The translations under genes and the position numbers were made by a program. 64,000 bases of DNA, taken from Octopus sinensis. Lineage: Eukaryota. How positions within the stretch are numbered: the first letter of the stretch is position 1; each line of letters begins with the position of its first letter. The notes beneath the pieces are model-generated. The model worked only from the letters and a program-made list of their open reading frames with translations, searched no databases and was not told the origin of the DNA. The stretch is taken from the NCBI RefSeq assembly GCF_006345805.1, contig NC_043005.1, positions 2,728,001 to 2,792,000 on the forward strand, read 5' to 3'. This document shows, one piece after another, positions 1 to 13,149 of the stretch.

Positions 1-1039
1 CAAACAACAAGAGGACGAACGAAAAAGCCTTTTTTCTGGCATAGACAAACAATAAAACTGCAAAAATAAAATACATGTACAAAAGTACAATTAGTTACAA
101 AACGAGAAAATAACAAGAATACTATACAGGAAATTAACCACACAAGGGGACGAACGAAGAAGCCTTTTTGCTGGCAAGGACGAAAGTGTAGTAGCAGCGC
201 GTGGAGGCAGTCTTTTCAATAGTGGTAACCACGTGTAAAGGAATTTTGTTTTATAGGCAAGGAAGAGGGAAGGAGGAGGGGGAACACGCGGCGAAGAAGA
301 GGAGGAGGGGGAGGGAGAAAGATTGAAGAGGTTAAAGCAAAGGGAGAGAGTACCGCATCTTCAATATAATAATATTAATATAAAAAAGGGGACCAGAAGT
401 GGATCGAAACGACGAATATATATATGTAGGGGGGGTGCTGGACAGATGTGGTGTTTTTACACCTTTCTGCAATAGAAGAGAATTTCTTCTCCCCACAAAC
501 TGCAGTGAGTCTGTCTATACAAGTTGGAATATGTCACAAACCTATTTCAACTAACCTCTTTAAAGGTGAAACAGTTACGTGCTGAGGGTGTCACATCAGG
601 CTGTAAAACAGCTCTGCAGGTGTTTCAGCCTCTTCCACTGCCCAGTGCCACCCACTGATGTACAACAGTACAAGCTTTGTTGAGTGTGACTCTGGTCCTG
701 AGGATATTTCTGGTGGCTCTACTCTTCTCCCTTCAGCCAAATGTTATATAGTTTGCTTTCTCAGTGGCTTCTGACAATTTTCTGCCAAAATCTTTTCTTT
801 CTTTTGCAATTAGTTCAAGACTCTTGAGCCCTGAGTGAACCCTGGTTCCAACAACTCCACTAACACCTTATCCCTACAGGAAGGCATTCTGCCTCCCATC
901 CGTTTCACCCAACCAATTCTATTTAGTGTCTTTCCAGAAGGAAGCATTTTCTATGTTTGCTTCCCAGAGAAGTGTCAACACTAGAATCTTTACCAGCTTC
1001 TGTTATTCGCACCATAAGACAATGTTGGGCCCTTTTATG

Positions 1040-3010
1040 GTGAGAAGTGATATTTCACAAGAAGACTTTTTGAGATTAGTGTTGTGGAGGGAGTAAGTAG
1101 ACACTGGGTTTTTCCTCCCAAAATGCATGGTGGTACATTTGTCCACAGCCAGCTTGAGTTGCCAGTCCATGATCCACTGCTGCATTGTGTCCAGGTCTGA
1201 TTGCAAGAAAGATCTATAGTGTACAGGATCTGTCCTCTTTACTTCAAGGTACAGCTTGATGTCATCTGCATATTTCAGCACTGTGGCATTCTTTAAGTTG
1301 GCATCTATGTCATTAACATATGCAACAAATAAAAGGGGGCCAAGAACAGATCCCTGTGGTACACCAGATGTCATCTCATAGGGTGAAGAGTGCTGTCCTA
1401 GAACTGTGACAACCTCTTTTCAGCCGAAAATAAAGGACTTCAACCAGTTATGGAGTTCGTCTCTTATGTCCAATACAGAGAGTTTCACCATAAGTCTTTT
1501 GTGTGGCACAGAGTTAAAAGCCTTAGCAAAGTCCAGGTAAACAACATCCACCCAGGATCTGCCATCAGTGATTCGGGTAATGTCCTCAAGAAACTCGATG
1601 AGTTGATTACAGCAGCTGGAGTTAGGAATAAATCCAAATTGTGACGGCTAGATGAGGCTGTGAGACTTCCAGAAGTTCTAGAGGGTTTCCCTGACACAGG
1701 ATTCCATCAGTTTGGCAATGCAGCTAGTAAGACTAATGGGGCAATAGTTGACAGGCGATGTGCGGTCGCCTTTTTTGAACAGAGGGATAACACTGGTAGT
1801 TTTCCACTGCTCTGGAGTAACACCATTGTCAAGACAGAATTGGAAGAATAGAGAAAGTTGGTTTAGAAGAAAGTACCCACTGCGTTTGAGAAGTAGGTAT
1901 GTAACACCATCGAGATCAGGAGAGGCATAGTTGCATTTGTTCTTAAGGTGGCGTTGCAGCATTGCTGGTGTAAATTGCATAGTAGATATAGAGTCCGGTG
2001 TCAGTGGTGATGAAGGTGGAACATTTTGGTCTTCGACAGTAAAGATGCCTGCATAGCATCCAGCAATGATTTCTGCACATTCTTTGGGATTGCCAGTAAT
2101 CTGTCCTGTGTGGGGATTGCGAAGGGGACCAACTGGAGAGTGAGGTCTCTGCTTTGAGTGCACATACTTCCAGAACACTTTGTTGTTAGGGTTGGTTGCA
2201 ATGCGTTGTTCAAATTCAAGCACTGCCTTTTTTGTCACCTGTTTGAGGTGGTTGGCTGACCTGTTGCACTTTTTCCAGTTGATCTCTGATTTGTGCAATT
2301 TGTATTCCTGTTCAGCATTACAGCAATCTTTCCTGGCACATTGGGTGTTTTTTTGGGGGGCTTATGTAGCACCGATGCTGCACATGCCGTCCATATTGAA
2401 TCCAGAATGTTCTGAAGTATATGCTAGAGGCATAAAATTTGAGCCAGTTTGGGCATCGCAGCTTGGTACAATAAGAGTTCCAGTCTGCTTTATTCCAGTC
2501 AAAGAGGGCAGTTTGAAGATGGTTGTGGTTTTTGTTACAACCAATCAGAGACAAGTTGGCCATGATCATGGAATGATCAGAGTCACCTAAAGGTTCTTCA
2601 GTAGTGACACTAATAATTGCATCAGGAGAAGCGGTAAATAGCAGATCCAAAGTGTTGTTACCCCTTGTGGGGGAGGTAACAACTTGGGACCAATTTGAAT
2701 TCAGCACCAGTTCAAGGAAATTGTCTGCACTTTGCAGCCAAGGCTTCCCAGTCAATCTCAGGGAAATTGAAGTCCCTCGCAATATAAACATAAGTGGCTG
2801 TTTTCATGGCAGCAACTTTGAGGATATCAAAAAGTAGAAGTGTTGACATGGTCATGTGTATATTGCAGAAAAATACTTCCTGTTGAGATTGGTTCAAATC
2901 ATCACAAGGAATTGCCGATTGGTTTGAACGAACGTAGACCATCACACCCCTACCATTCTGTTGGAATGTGTTATTCCTGAAGACTGGCATAGCAGCAATT
3001 TTGTCAACCG
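1040..3010 (-). mobile_element. Degraded CR1-like LINE (APE endonuclease plus RT), truncated at both ends
   Basis: Frameshifted ORFs carrying GRGV.VYV, DFNFPEIDW, PTRGNNTLDL, SDH, NYCPISLTS, PQGSVLGPLLF and YADD. Confidence 0.9.
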
Positions 3011-3953
3011 AGAGAAAACAAAAGGCATAAAACCAAACCAATTTCAAATTTTTTTTAATAAATGGTGAAAGTTATGAATTATTTCTAAAACAGCAGATAT
3101 TAATTTCTGCAGTAAGAGTTTTCCTCTGGGAATTCCCTTCCAGAAGCTGTTTGAAACCTGAGAGAGTTACATCATGACCATTCCTTAATAGTCCTGAACC
3201 ATAAAATAAAAACATCAAGAATTTAAAGAAAAGGTGACCAAAAACAGCTGGACAAAAATTCAAACCATTCCTTAAACATCATCTGCAGGGGACAGCAGTG
3301 AGAAGGGATGTGTAGAAAGACTAACTTGGTCCCAGTTTAACCCTTTTGATACCAACCCACCTAAAACCAGCCTTGCTTCTTCTATGATACAAATTCTCGT
3401 TTTAAACTTATCTAAATTAAAACCATCAAATTTTGATTCTGATTTCTGTTCCAAACACCAGCTTAATGATGACAAAGTCATTTTACTAAATTCTTCATCA
3501 TTTTCAAAAACAAATTGAAACAACGTTTTGTCATAGAGACAGAGAGGTGTAGATAGACTGAGTCCACTTGCAGTGGTCATCTAAGCAGACTCTGCCCATT
3601 TAACCCAAGTGGAACAGCTTCCTTACAGACTCAAATGTTTGAACTGGCAACAAGTTTGTATCTTTTCCAAATAAATCATTTTGCTTTTCCTTTATTCATC
3701 CCTTTGGCATTTAAACTGTCCATCCCTGGCCTAAACACTCTACCTGTTTCATGTCCAAACTGGTCAGATCTGACATGTCACACCAACCTTACAGTGTCAT
3801 TGTGAAAATAAACAATCACATCATTGAAATCTTAATGCCATGAGATAAACCATGATTAATTCAAAACAATGGGAGGAGACCGACTGAGTCAAGTGCTTCA
3901 ACATCAAAATAAATAAACAAATATCAAATGGAAATTGTAGTTGTGATAACAGT

Positions 3954-4150
3954 GCCGGTGGCACGTAAAATGCACCCACTACACTCATGGAGTGGTTGGC
4001 GTTAGGAAGGGCATCCAGCTGTAGAAACACTGCCAGATCAGACTGGAGCCTGGTGCAGCCTCCTGGCTTCCTAGATGCCAGTCGAACTGTCCAACCCACG
4101 CTAGCATGGAAAGCAGACGTATGATGATGATGATGATGATGATGATGATG
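3954..4150 (+). mobile_element. SINE-like repeat family A with (GAT)n tail
   Basis: GTGCCGGTGGCACGTAAAA...CCCACTACACTC...GCTAGCATGGAAAGC...(GAT)n, repeated at 5.4, 11.0, 16.0, 22.2 and 22.6 kb. Confidence 0.85.
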
Positions 4151-4329
4151 CATGTGAACATTCAAGAGAGGAATCTGAACAGTGCAGGTTTAAAACATTT
4201 TGTCCTTGTGTGGCCGTCAGTAAAGAGAAACCTGCTTAAGGTGAACCAGGCCGAAACTAGGGCAGTGATCAGGAGAGAATGGTGTAAGGGTCCAAACTGT
4301 ATCAGGGATTAGTTTATTCTATAAACAAC

Positions 4330-5010
4330 ATAAGAAATATAAATGGAACGTCAATACTGCAACCAGTGCAGACTAGCAATGCACCACAAAGTGTGAAACT
4401 GCACGGGAGCCTTAGTGGAGTGAGAAGGAATTAGTCTTTGAGGTGAGACAAATAATAAGAGAGAGACAAGACAGGACCTTGGTGGAACATTTATGATCCT
4501 TCTCCAATGACTTTGCCAGAAATAGATAGAAGATAAGTTAGTATTTGTGTAATAGATTCAGAACCTGGGAGTCGAGGTACCATTGTCGCATGGTTTGGGG
4601 AAAGATGATGCTTGAAAAACTGCTAGTCATACTGACAACAAAAGGTTCTTAGAAAAAAATAATTTCAAGAAGTCCATGTAAAAAATTAGGTTCTATATGG
4701 CATTAAGGCAGTAAATACAGAGAATTTGGTGGGAATGCAAAGAAATCAGCCAAGAAATCAGCCAGTTGCAGTGCTTTTGGAGCTGTTGACTTACAGGAAA
4801 AGTTAATCCCAAGTAAATTGAGAATTTTACAGATTAGAAAAATTAATCAAATAAACTTCAGATAACTGCACTGGAAGATGCCTTTTAACACAATGTATGA
4901 CATACTCTAGAAAAAGATTAGTAGCAGTGATGAGAAGAAACTGATGGCGTATGACATATACATCCGACACATGCCAACTATGGATAACAAGGTATTGAAA
5001 CAATAACCTT
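4330..5010 (-). mobile_element. Heavily degraded RTE-like RT fragment
   Basis: Minus strand near 4450-4495 reads FHQGPVLSLLLF, resembling the RTE VHQGSVLSPLLF motif; the rest is eroded. Confidence 0.45.
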
Positions 5011-5019
5011 AACTATGTT

Positions 5020-5071
<52 letters not shown>

Positions 5072-5429
5072 ACAGTAGAACTTTGGTTTATGAATTTAAT
5101 TTGTTCCAAGAGGCCATTCACTACCCAAATTTTTCCTAAACTGCAACTATTTTTCCCATACCAAATTCAAGAGAAAGCACAGCAAATTCAAGCAGGAATG
5201 TGCACTGAGTGAAAGCAAGACATCAACTGATGCTCTCCCTGTCATATTCCCACCTCGTCACCAACCATATTTGCCGGATTGCATGTTCGTTGCTCAAGAC
5301 ACTGTTTGTCAACCGAAATGTCTTATGTTAAAAAAATTATTCATAAATCAATTTTTTCATGATGAGAGGCATTCATAAACTGAGATTCCACTGTATATAA
5401 ACACACACACATACATACGTAGATATGTG

Positions 5430-5825
5430 TGTGCCCGTGCTAGTAGGGTGCCAAACACACCATCCGAGCATGATCGTTGCCAGAACAGCCAACTGGCTTC
5501 CGTGCCGGTGGCACGTAAAAGGGCACCATTCGAGCATGATCGTTACCAACGTCGCCTTACTGGCACCTGTGCCTGTGGCATGTGTAAAAAGATTCATTGC
5601 CAGTACCACCTGACTGGCACCTGTGCCGGTGGCACGTAAAAAGTACCCACTACACTCTTGGAGTGGTTGGCATTAGGAAGGGCATCCAGCTGTAGAAACT
5701 CTGCAAGATCAAGATTGAAGCCTGGTGCAGCCATCTGGTTTGCCAGCCCTTAGTCAAAATTGGCCAACCCATGCTAGCATGGAAAGCGGACGTTAAACGA
5801 TGATGATGAGGATGATGATGATGAT
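5430..5825 (+). mobile_element. SINE-like family A, longer copy with internal repeats
   Basis: Same 3' body and (GAT)n tail; internal repeats of CGAGCATGATCGTT and TGGCACCTGTGCC. Confidence 0.85.
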
Positions 5826-7519
5826 GTATTTATGTATGTATGTAACTGATACAAGAGAGGATGTGTAGGGGCATCAATGCTAAATACTTGATGTGAAAAT
5901 CAAGTTCACACGCTGCCTGTCAATATTGTCTGGTCATCACAGAAGACATAAACAGGAACAATAAATTATAGAACAGCTTAAAACAAAACAGATTTCTAAT
6001 CCTGAGATGACACGAAGAGTTTTATGAAAAAAAAATCCATGAGGATCAAATCCTCAATTGACATAATCCCTAGTTTAAGTGGAAGAATATTGCTGCATTT
6101 AAAAAAAGAGAAATGAGAAACAAATTTAAGGAGACTATTCTTCTATCCCAGAGCTGTGTTTACCATTTTATTAACCAGAAAAAAATTGTCAGGAACGAAA
6201 TTGTGCGATTATTTTATCTTTCAACAAATTTTCCATAAAAGGAAACAAAATGTGAGACACTTCCTATTATTCTAAGAGCAAGACTGAAGCTTGTTTCTGA
6301 TCTTCTTTCTCTTGTGGCACAACCATAAATCAATGCCTGTTTGTGCTGGTCTTTGTTCCAATTTGGAAGACATTTGTTTTTAGAATCAGTCCTGCTTCTT
6401 TACTCCCCTCCTCCAACCCAAATCATGAAAATCCTAAATAAATTCCACCACCCTAAACTATTACCGTTCAAGGAGCACCCTGTTAATAGAACACACACCT
6501 AACTAGACCACTCTACCGGAACTACAGTGACCTTTCTGTGGAGGGATAAACTGGAACGATGCAAAGGATCGGAAAGAAGAACTTCAAAGAGAAACACTCA
6601 AGTTTAGCAAAAAAAAAAAAAGACTACTACTAATAATAATAATAATAATAATAATAAATTATGTTTTAAAAAGTTTGAAGTGTAATAGAAGAAAAAAAGA
6701 AAATTTCAAATTAGACAAATAAACAACATTACAAATATAAAAGGATAATAAAAAACAAACAATCATTATTAATTATTTTTTTTAAATCAAACAAAAAGCA
6801 CATTTTCCAAAATAACAAGCAAAAGCATTTCTCTTTGAAGAATTAAACGTCATTAAGAATAACCATTTTAAGTATGAAATATGTGTATGCTCAGAGTTCC
6901 TAACTGTGGGTAGTTTAGTGATAGTGGAGAAGGGAAAAAAAGAACTAGATTTGACCGTTTTAACGAAGCCAGGTTGAAGTCTTTAACTTTTCTGAAGAAG
7001 AAACCCAAATTTTTATTTTAACCAAGTTGAATAAAGATCATACCAAATTACCTCCCCTTGCATAAGTCTCCGTCTTAAAACGAATTTAATCTTATTTGAT
7101 ACCCAAACAAGTTTCTTTCACAAACTAACGCTGCTCGGTGCAGTAAATATTACCATTTTTCATTGCAAAGATATTTTCACAACAAAAAATTCCTAATCTC
7201 CAACAAAAACTGCATCATTTTACTGATGGGAAGAATGATTCTCATTTTAAAAGACATTAATTGTAAAAGCTGTTTTTCCAACAAATTGTTTGGATTTAGA
7301 AACCCCCAATAAAAATAAAGTTTTTTTTCACAAAAACTATCAATTCTTCAAATACTTAAAAATTTAGAAAACTGCATCATTAGGAAAATTTTATTTTATT
7401 CTTAATTCATTAACAATCCACATCTCAAATCTAGAATACTGGAATCTTTATTAAATGGATAGATTTAGGGAGCTGGTTAGGGCCCAACACCACTTGTTTA
7501 CAATTCATATTGAAGGGTC

Positions 7520-7680
7520 CCACGAGCTGGCAGAATTGTTGGCACACCGGGCAAATGTTAAGAATTCAAATTCTGCCAAGGTTGATTGTGCCTTTCCTCC
7601 TTTCAGGGTCAATAAGATACCAGTTGAATTCTGGGGTCAATGTAACCAACTTAACCATTGTGCCAAAATTTAAACAAATT
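7520..7680 (+). mobile_element. tRNA-derived SINE family B (CTTTGCCTTTCATCCTTTCGGGGTCGATAAA body, Deu/Nin-domain-like)
   Basis: GAGCTGGCAGAAT head, box-B-like TTCAAATTC, body shared with copies at 9.0, 15.5, 15.7, 38.9 and 40.6 kb. Domain name is from memory. Confidence 0.7.
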
Positions 7681-8288
7681 TTAGGAACTGAATGAAGCAT
7701 ACACAATACAAATGACTTTTTTCCAAGTTAAAGGAATAAAAATAATAATCGTCACTTCTGAATGATGTTTGTTTCGTAATTAAATTGGGGGAAATTCATG
7801 TTTTTCATTTGTTTACTGTAACTGATAATTTAAAAATCAAGATAAACGTGGGGGGTGGGGAGGCACCAGAAAGATCACTGTAAACAGAGAACATACATGT
7901 TTTTTTTTGTTTTCTCTTTTTTTTTCATAAAATAAATAATTCTTACAAACAAATCAACTAAAAGTAAGAAAAAAGTTATGTTTAATATTGGTTTCTATGT
8001 ATGTATAAAAATGTTACAATTCAGAGACAATATACATACATACATATCGACTTACATTATACATTCTACAGTTTAATGTAAGCAGTGATAACAACAACAA
8101 ATAAACAAAAAACTATTCTTAGAAAAATATTTTTTCGTTTTTTTTTTCAATTTATGAATTTTATTTGCTATTTTTGTATATTTGTCTTGATTTATTTACA
8201 TTTTTTAAAAAATTATTCTTTTAACTTTCTTTGTGGAGGAGGGCAATGGAGGTAAATAGATAAAAAAAAAAAAAAGATGGTGACGTAC

Positions 8289-8376
8289 CTTTAAAAAGCA
8301 TTGAGGCCTTACTGTCTTTGGTTGAAGGGTTCTCTTGGAGGGCAGGCACAAGTTGGCGCAGAGTTTCAAAGCCTCT
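8289..8376 (-). CDS. bHLH gene exon encoding helix1-loop-helix2 start (RGFETLRQLVPALQENPSTKDSKASMLFK)
   Basis: Acceptor atgtttcAG|AGA and donor AAAG|GTACGT; 88 bp, phase 0-1. Continues the basic-region exon in frame and matches the xGFxxLxxLVP...SKAxxL pattern of Mlx/Max-family bHLH-ZIP proteins. Confidence 0.9.
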
Positions 8377-8759
8377 CTGAAACATCAGCATAACCAGATA
8401 GAGACAGGGTGGATCGACAAACAGTGCAATGACCCAGAACAACAACAACAACAATAACATCATCATCATCATCATCATCACAAACCAAAACAAATCTTTG
8501 GGAAATGTACTAGCAATGGAATTGGTCATGCAGGCATTACATGGTGATGGTCATGTTGGGAGGAGAGAGGTGTTTTTATTTGCAACAAAGAACAATGCTT
8601 CCATATACAGTAATTACTCGCCATGTCACGGTTCACCGATCATGTAAGTGTGAGAATCTGAGAGAGAATATTTACTCAAAGCCAGGAATTTTTTGAATCC
8701 AGGTGAAAAAATCACAGGTAAAAAGTCATGGTAATAAAGGCACAGGGGTTCTGTGATCG

Positions 8760-8920
8760 TCACATTGATCACAACAGAGAAAGTTGCCATAGCAATACCT
8801 GCTCAATGGCCTACACAGAGATGCAAAAAGTGTATGGAGGGGAGCGTAGGAGGTGCACACAAGTGTGCGAGTGGTTCACACGTTTCTAAGAGGCCACAAA
8901 AATGCCAATATTGACGAATA
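8760..8920 (+). mobile_element. Mariner transposase N-terminal fragment
   Basis: Reads TEMQKVYGG...TQVCEWFTRF, similar to the mariner HTH-region motif xxxxVYG...xxVxEWFxRF. Confidence 0.45.
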
Positions 8921-9002
8921 TTTTGGTACACACACACACACATTTCTCAGACAAGAAGACTAATCTGGCACCAATTAAATAGACTTACTGGTATTGCGTT
9001 TC

Positions 9003-9146
9003 GACTTTGCCTTTCATCCTTTCGGGGTCGATAAATTAAGTACCAGTTACGCACTGGGGTCGATGTAATCGACTTAATACCTATATCTGTCCTTGTTTGT
9101 TCCCCTCTGTGTTTAGCCCCTTGTGGGTAATAAAGAAATAGAAATA
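9003..9146 (+). mobile_element. 5'-truncated family B SINE with 13-bp target-site duplication
   Basis: Flanked by GGTATTGCGTTTC at 8990-9002 and 9147-9159. Confidence 0.8.
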
Positions 9147-9150
9147 GGTA

Positions 9151-10887
9151 TTGCGTTTCCCCAAAATAAGACCCAGTCAAAAGTGCATTAGCTTGTTAAC
9201 AAGACCATGTGCTGTTTGCAAAAGGAACCAATTACTGCAGCTCAGTTAAAGTCTGCAATAAGCACATTGAGTTGACTCCTTTGGCTTGACCCCCACCTCT
9301 TGGCTTGACCCCACCTCTTGGCTTGACCCCCCTCTTGGCTTGACCCCACCTCTTGGCTTGACCCCCCTCTTGGCTTGACCCCCCTCTTGGCTTGACTTCC
9401 TTGTCCCCCAGTAAAGATGAGTACAAAAAGAGAGAATTATTCCATGGAGTACAAGAAGAGTCACATAACAAGAATCTTCAGCTTTCTGTAAGGAGATGTT
9501 GGATCTCCGAATGATTCAAAGATGGTGAGCAGAGTACGATAATCTCAGCAGACAAATGGACGAAGGAAGTGCTAAGAAGCACAAGCATGGATCCGGTCGA
9601 CAACCGTTATTTTTGGAGCTGGAAGATGTCACTTCGGGATGGATTGCTGACAGAAGGACAAAGGCTTTGGTTGTACATAGGGCTGATATTCAAGAATTTG
9701 CTCTTACAATAGCACCACAGTTGGATATACCACCAGAGATATTCAAAGCATCACCTCATTGGTTGGATAACTTCCTTCAGCGATACGAGTTCTCTCTAAG
9801 AAGATCAACAACACTGTTCAAAGTGGAGGATGCTGAAGTGATTCAACGTGCACTTGCATTCAAGTCCTTCGTTGAGGGCATTGAATTTTCTAAATACAAT
9901 CTCTCTAATATAATTGCTATGGATGAAACCTCAGTATTTATGGGCCAAGGATCCAAATCGACAGTTGAACAGACAGGTGCCTTGTCAATCTACACTGCCT
10001 CAATGGGTTACGTAAGTTCAAGAGTTACTTGTATTTTAGCAATTCCTCTTGATGGAACGGAAGTCCCACCTCTTATCATCGCAAAGAGTAAAACAGAGGA
10101 AACAGAATGAGTTTTGGGCATATATGTCCTTGAAACGGAAAAGGGTTGGTGCACAGAAGTTGTTATAAGAAAATGGGTTGATTTAACTATGCCACTTGTT
10201 TTACATGGTTCTCAAAGAGGTCTTTTAGTCTGGGATTCAGCCACTGCTCATCACGCAAAAGATATGAAAACCTTCATTTCTGAAAGAAGAATTGACCACA
10301 CAATGATTCTCGTGGGAATGACTCCATATCTACACACGTTAGATCTTGTAATAAACAAGCCCTTCAAGGATTATTTGCCGATGGAAGTGAATGAATATGT
10401 CGAATATAGAACCGAGAAAAATCAGCGTGGTAACTTTGTCAAATGCAACCTCCAAGAAGTCGTGAATTGGGTGAAGAATTCATGGAATAAACTTACCGAC
10501 AGTTGTGTTGCCAATGCATTATGAGCAGGGTACTTGGACAAAAAGTGTTCATTTAAGGAAAGTTATATTGCCAAACATGAGAGATTGGGGTCCATGATTC
10601 TACAGGAAATGGTTTTGCAAGAAATTCAGGGTTTCGATGATTTGTGACGATGTTCCAGAAGAGGATGAAATGTTTGTACTTGACTAAAAACAATAAACAA
10701 ATAAATAAACTTTTGATAACTAAAAACATGGGTTTCCTTTTTACAATTTTTTCCTTTTACACAAGGACATGAGACCTCTTTGTCTTTCTTGGATTTTTTC
10801 CACAAAAATAAGACATCCCCTGAAAATAATCCCTTTCTTAGATGCAGAATTGATATATGACCAGATCTTATTTTTGGGGAAACACAG
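9151..10887 (+). mobile_element. pogo/Tigger-family DNA transposon, near full length, inactivated
   Basis: TIRs TTGCGTTTCCCCAAAATAAGA and TCTTATTTTTGGGGAAACACAG with flanking TA; CENP-B-type HTH plus DDE_1 with MDET, WDS and LDLVINKPFK; in-frame TGA stops. Confidence 0.92.
9281..9397. repeat. 17-18 bp minisatellite GGCTTGACCCC(A)CCTCTT, about 7 copies
   Basis: Directly visible tandem array inside the pogo 5' non-coding region. Confidence 0.95.
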
Positions 10888-10969
10888 TAGATCAGCACTA
10901 GGAAATATTTCTTAGGTAGAAACACATGAGAGCGAATAGGGGTGGGGCAGGTTTGCTTCAAAGATAGGC

Positions 10970-11166
10970 ATTCACTGCCCGTCTGGCTCCTGTGCCAGTG
11001 GCACATTAAAGCACCCACTAAACTCTTGGAGCGGTTGGCGTTAGGAAGGGTATCTAGCTGTAGAAACCGTGCTTGGCACAGCCTTCTGGCTCACCAGTCC
11101 TCAGTCAAACCGTCCAACCCCTGCCAGCATGGAAAGCGGATGTTAGATGACGATGATGATGATGAT
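10970..11166 (+). mobile_element. SINE-like family A copy
   Basis: Same body and (GAT)n tail. Confidence 0.8.
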
Positions 11167-11852
11167 TTTGAACAAAAAGTAATGTAAAAGAAATAAAATG
11201 ACTGAGAAACAATATTTAAAGAAAAAAATAAAAGAAAAAGCAACAAGTCCTGGTTTTGTTGGGGAAGAAGACATTTGTTGAGTGAAGCGGATTCCATGTG
11301 ATCCTGGAAAGGAAAATGGCAAATGCAAAGGGAGTCGGAGGGGGAAATGTATTGAAAGGGGAAGAATAGGAGAGAGGAGGGGGGAGGGGGATGAGGAGGA
11401 GGGGAGCGAGAAGACAGACAGACAGACAAAGAAAGAAAGAAAGAGAAATTGTGAGTGCAGGTGGGAAAAGAACATATGGCATGGAATGGCATGGATGGCA
11501 GGACCTGCAAAAAGAAAAGGACTGGTTGTTAAGAGAAGGTTAGTGGTGGTGGTGGTGGTAGTTGTAGTAGTAGTAGTAGTAGTAGTAGTATAGTAGTAGT
11601 AGTAGTAGTAGGTACGTTAGTGTGTATGTGTGTGTGCTTTTGTATTTATGTGTTTGTTGTCACTGATGTTGCTTAGCTCCTAATCAATGAAACCAACGAT
11701 CAAAGACGTTCCACTCATGACCATCACATGTTAATCTATCAAAAAATAAACTGTCCCAACATGTCCCTCCCCTTTCAGAGAGGATAGGGAGATTGGCTTG
11801 CTATTTCTAGCAGACCAGGCAACCACATAGACAATCCCTGGTTTTGTGTGCT

Positions 11853-11888
<36 letters not shown>

Positions 11889-12276
11889 TGGAAGAAAGAG
11901 AGAGGGGGAGGAAAGAGAGAGAGAGAGAGCGGGAGAGAGACCTAATTCAAGCAGGGTTATGATCATGGATACTCCATCCATGACTTCCTCACCTTTTTCT
12001 GTTTTACACAATTTTTTTGTGTCCTTTGTTTATTAAGACAAAAAAATGTGAAGTGAGGGAGATCTAGCTGCTCTTTCAAGCAAACTGAGTCTCTCCTACA
12101 TTCGCTCCTAAAGTGAAGTGTCTGAATGTGGTGTGTAATATATGAGTAATGTGTGTGTGCATGTGTGTGTGTGTGTGATGTACAAGTAGTATATGTGTGC
12201 GTATGTGTGTTTGTGCGTGTATGTGTTTCTCTATGTATGTGACAGTGAATAGTGAGTTGTGTTTGTGATGTGTATG

Positions 12277-12324
<48 letters not shown>

Positions 12325-13149
12325 TAATGCAAGTGTGGGGGGTTAGGGGGTCAGGGAGTGTATAGAGGGTTGTTTTCTGTGCTACAGTGGATGTGTTAAG
12401 TCTCTATGCTATGTGTATTCACACACACACACACACACACACACAGCCAGCTCCCCTTTTATACATCCAATGTCATTAAATGTGGTTGTCATGACGGGTG
12501 GAGGGGGGGTCCCACTCTAACTCACCCCCACCCCCTCACCCCACCCCACACACATTTCACAGTTGCTGTCCTTCAATTCTATTCACATCCAATCTTGATA
12601 GTCTGAAATCCCAGGACCTTTTTGAAAAGAAGACAGGAAAAGGAGGGAACCTTTATCAAGGAAGTAAGGGGAGATGAAAGGGGAGATGAAAGGGGGTAGT
12701 GAAAGACTGCAGTATTTAAAGTGTGTCTGGTTGATATGGTTTTAGGTGTATATAGACAGTGAAGTTGGTGGTGGTGGTCGTGGCAGCTTGTTGTCAAGTG
12801 ACTGCTCAAGTGGAGGTCAGAGTGAATGTGGGACACAGATTGTGTAAGCCACAGGAATGTGTCTGTCCCATTCGCAAAAGTGTGTGGGGGGGAAGGGCGA
12901 TTGGGGAGGGAGGACTGTCTGCCAATGACAGTCTCTCCTAAGGATTGTCTCTCTACAAACAGTATCTCAAAATAACTTCAATCTCTTCAAGGTGTCAGCA
13001 GTGAATCTGCTAAACTACAGCAACACCTCCCCCCCCCCCTCTGACACCCCCCCACCATCATCACTATAACAACCGATGCCCCATTCATCCCTCAACACCA
13101 TCATCATCAGCAGCAGCAGCATCACCGCCATTTCCATCTTTTTCACTTG

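Noticed and set aside
11230-11505. Two strong minus-strand acceptors (about 11305 and 11500)
   Set aside because: No matching donors; the pyrimidine tracts come from simple repeats; the peptides are unrecognisable.
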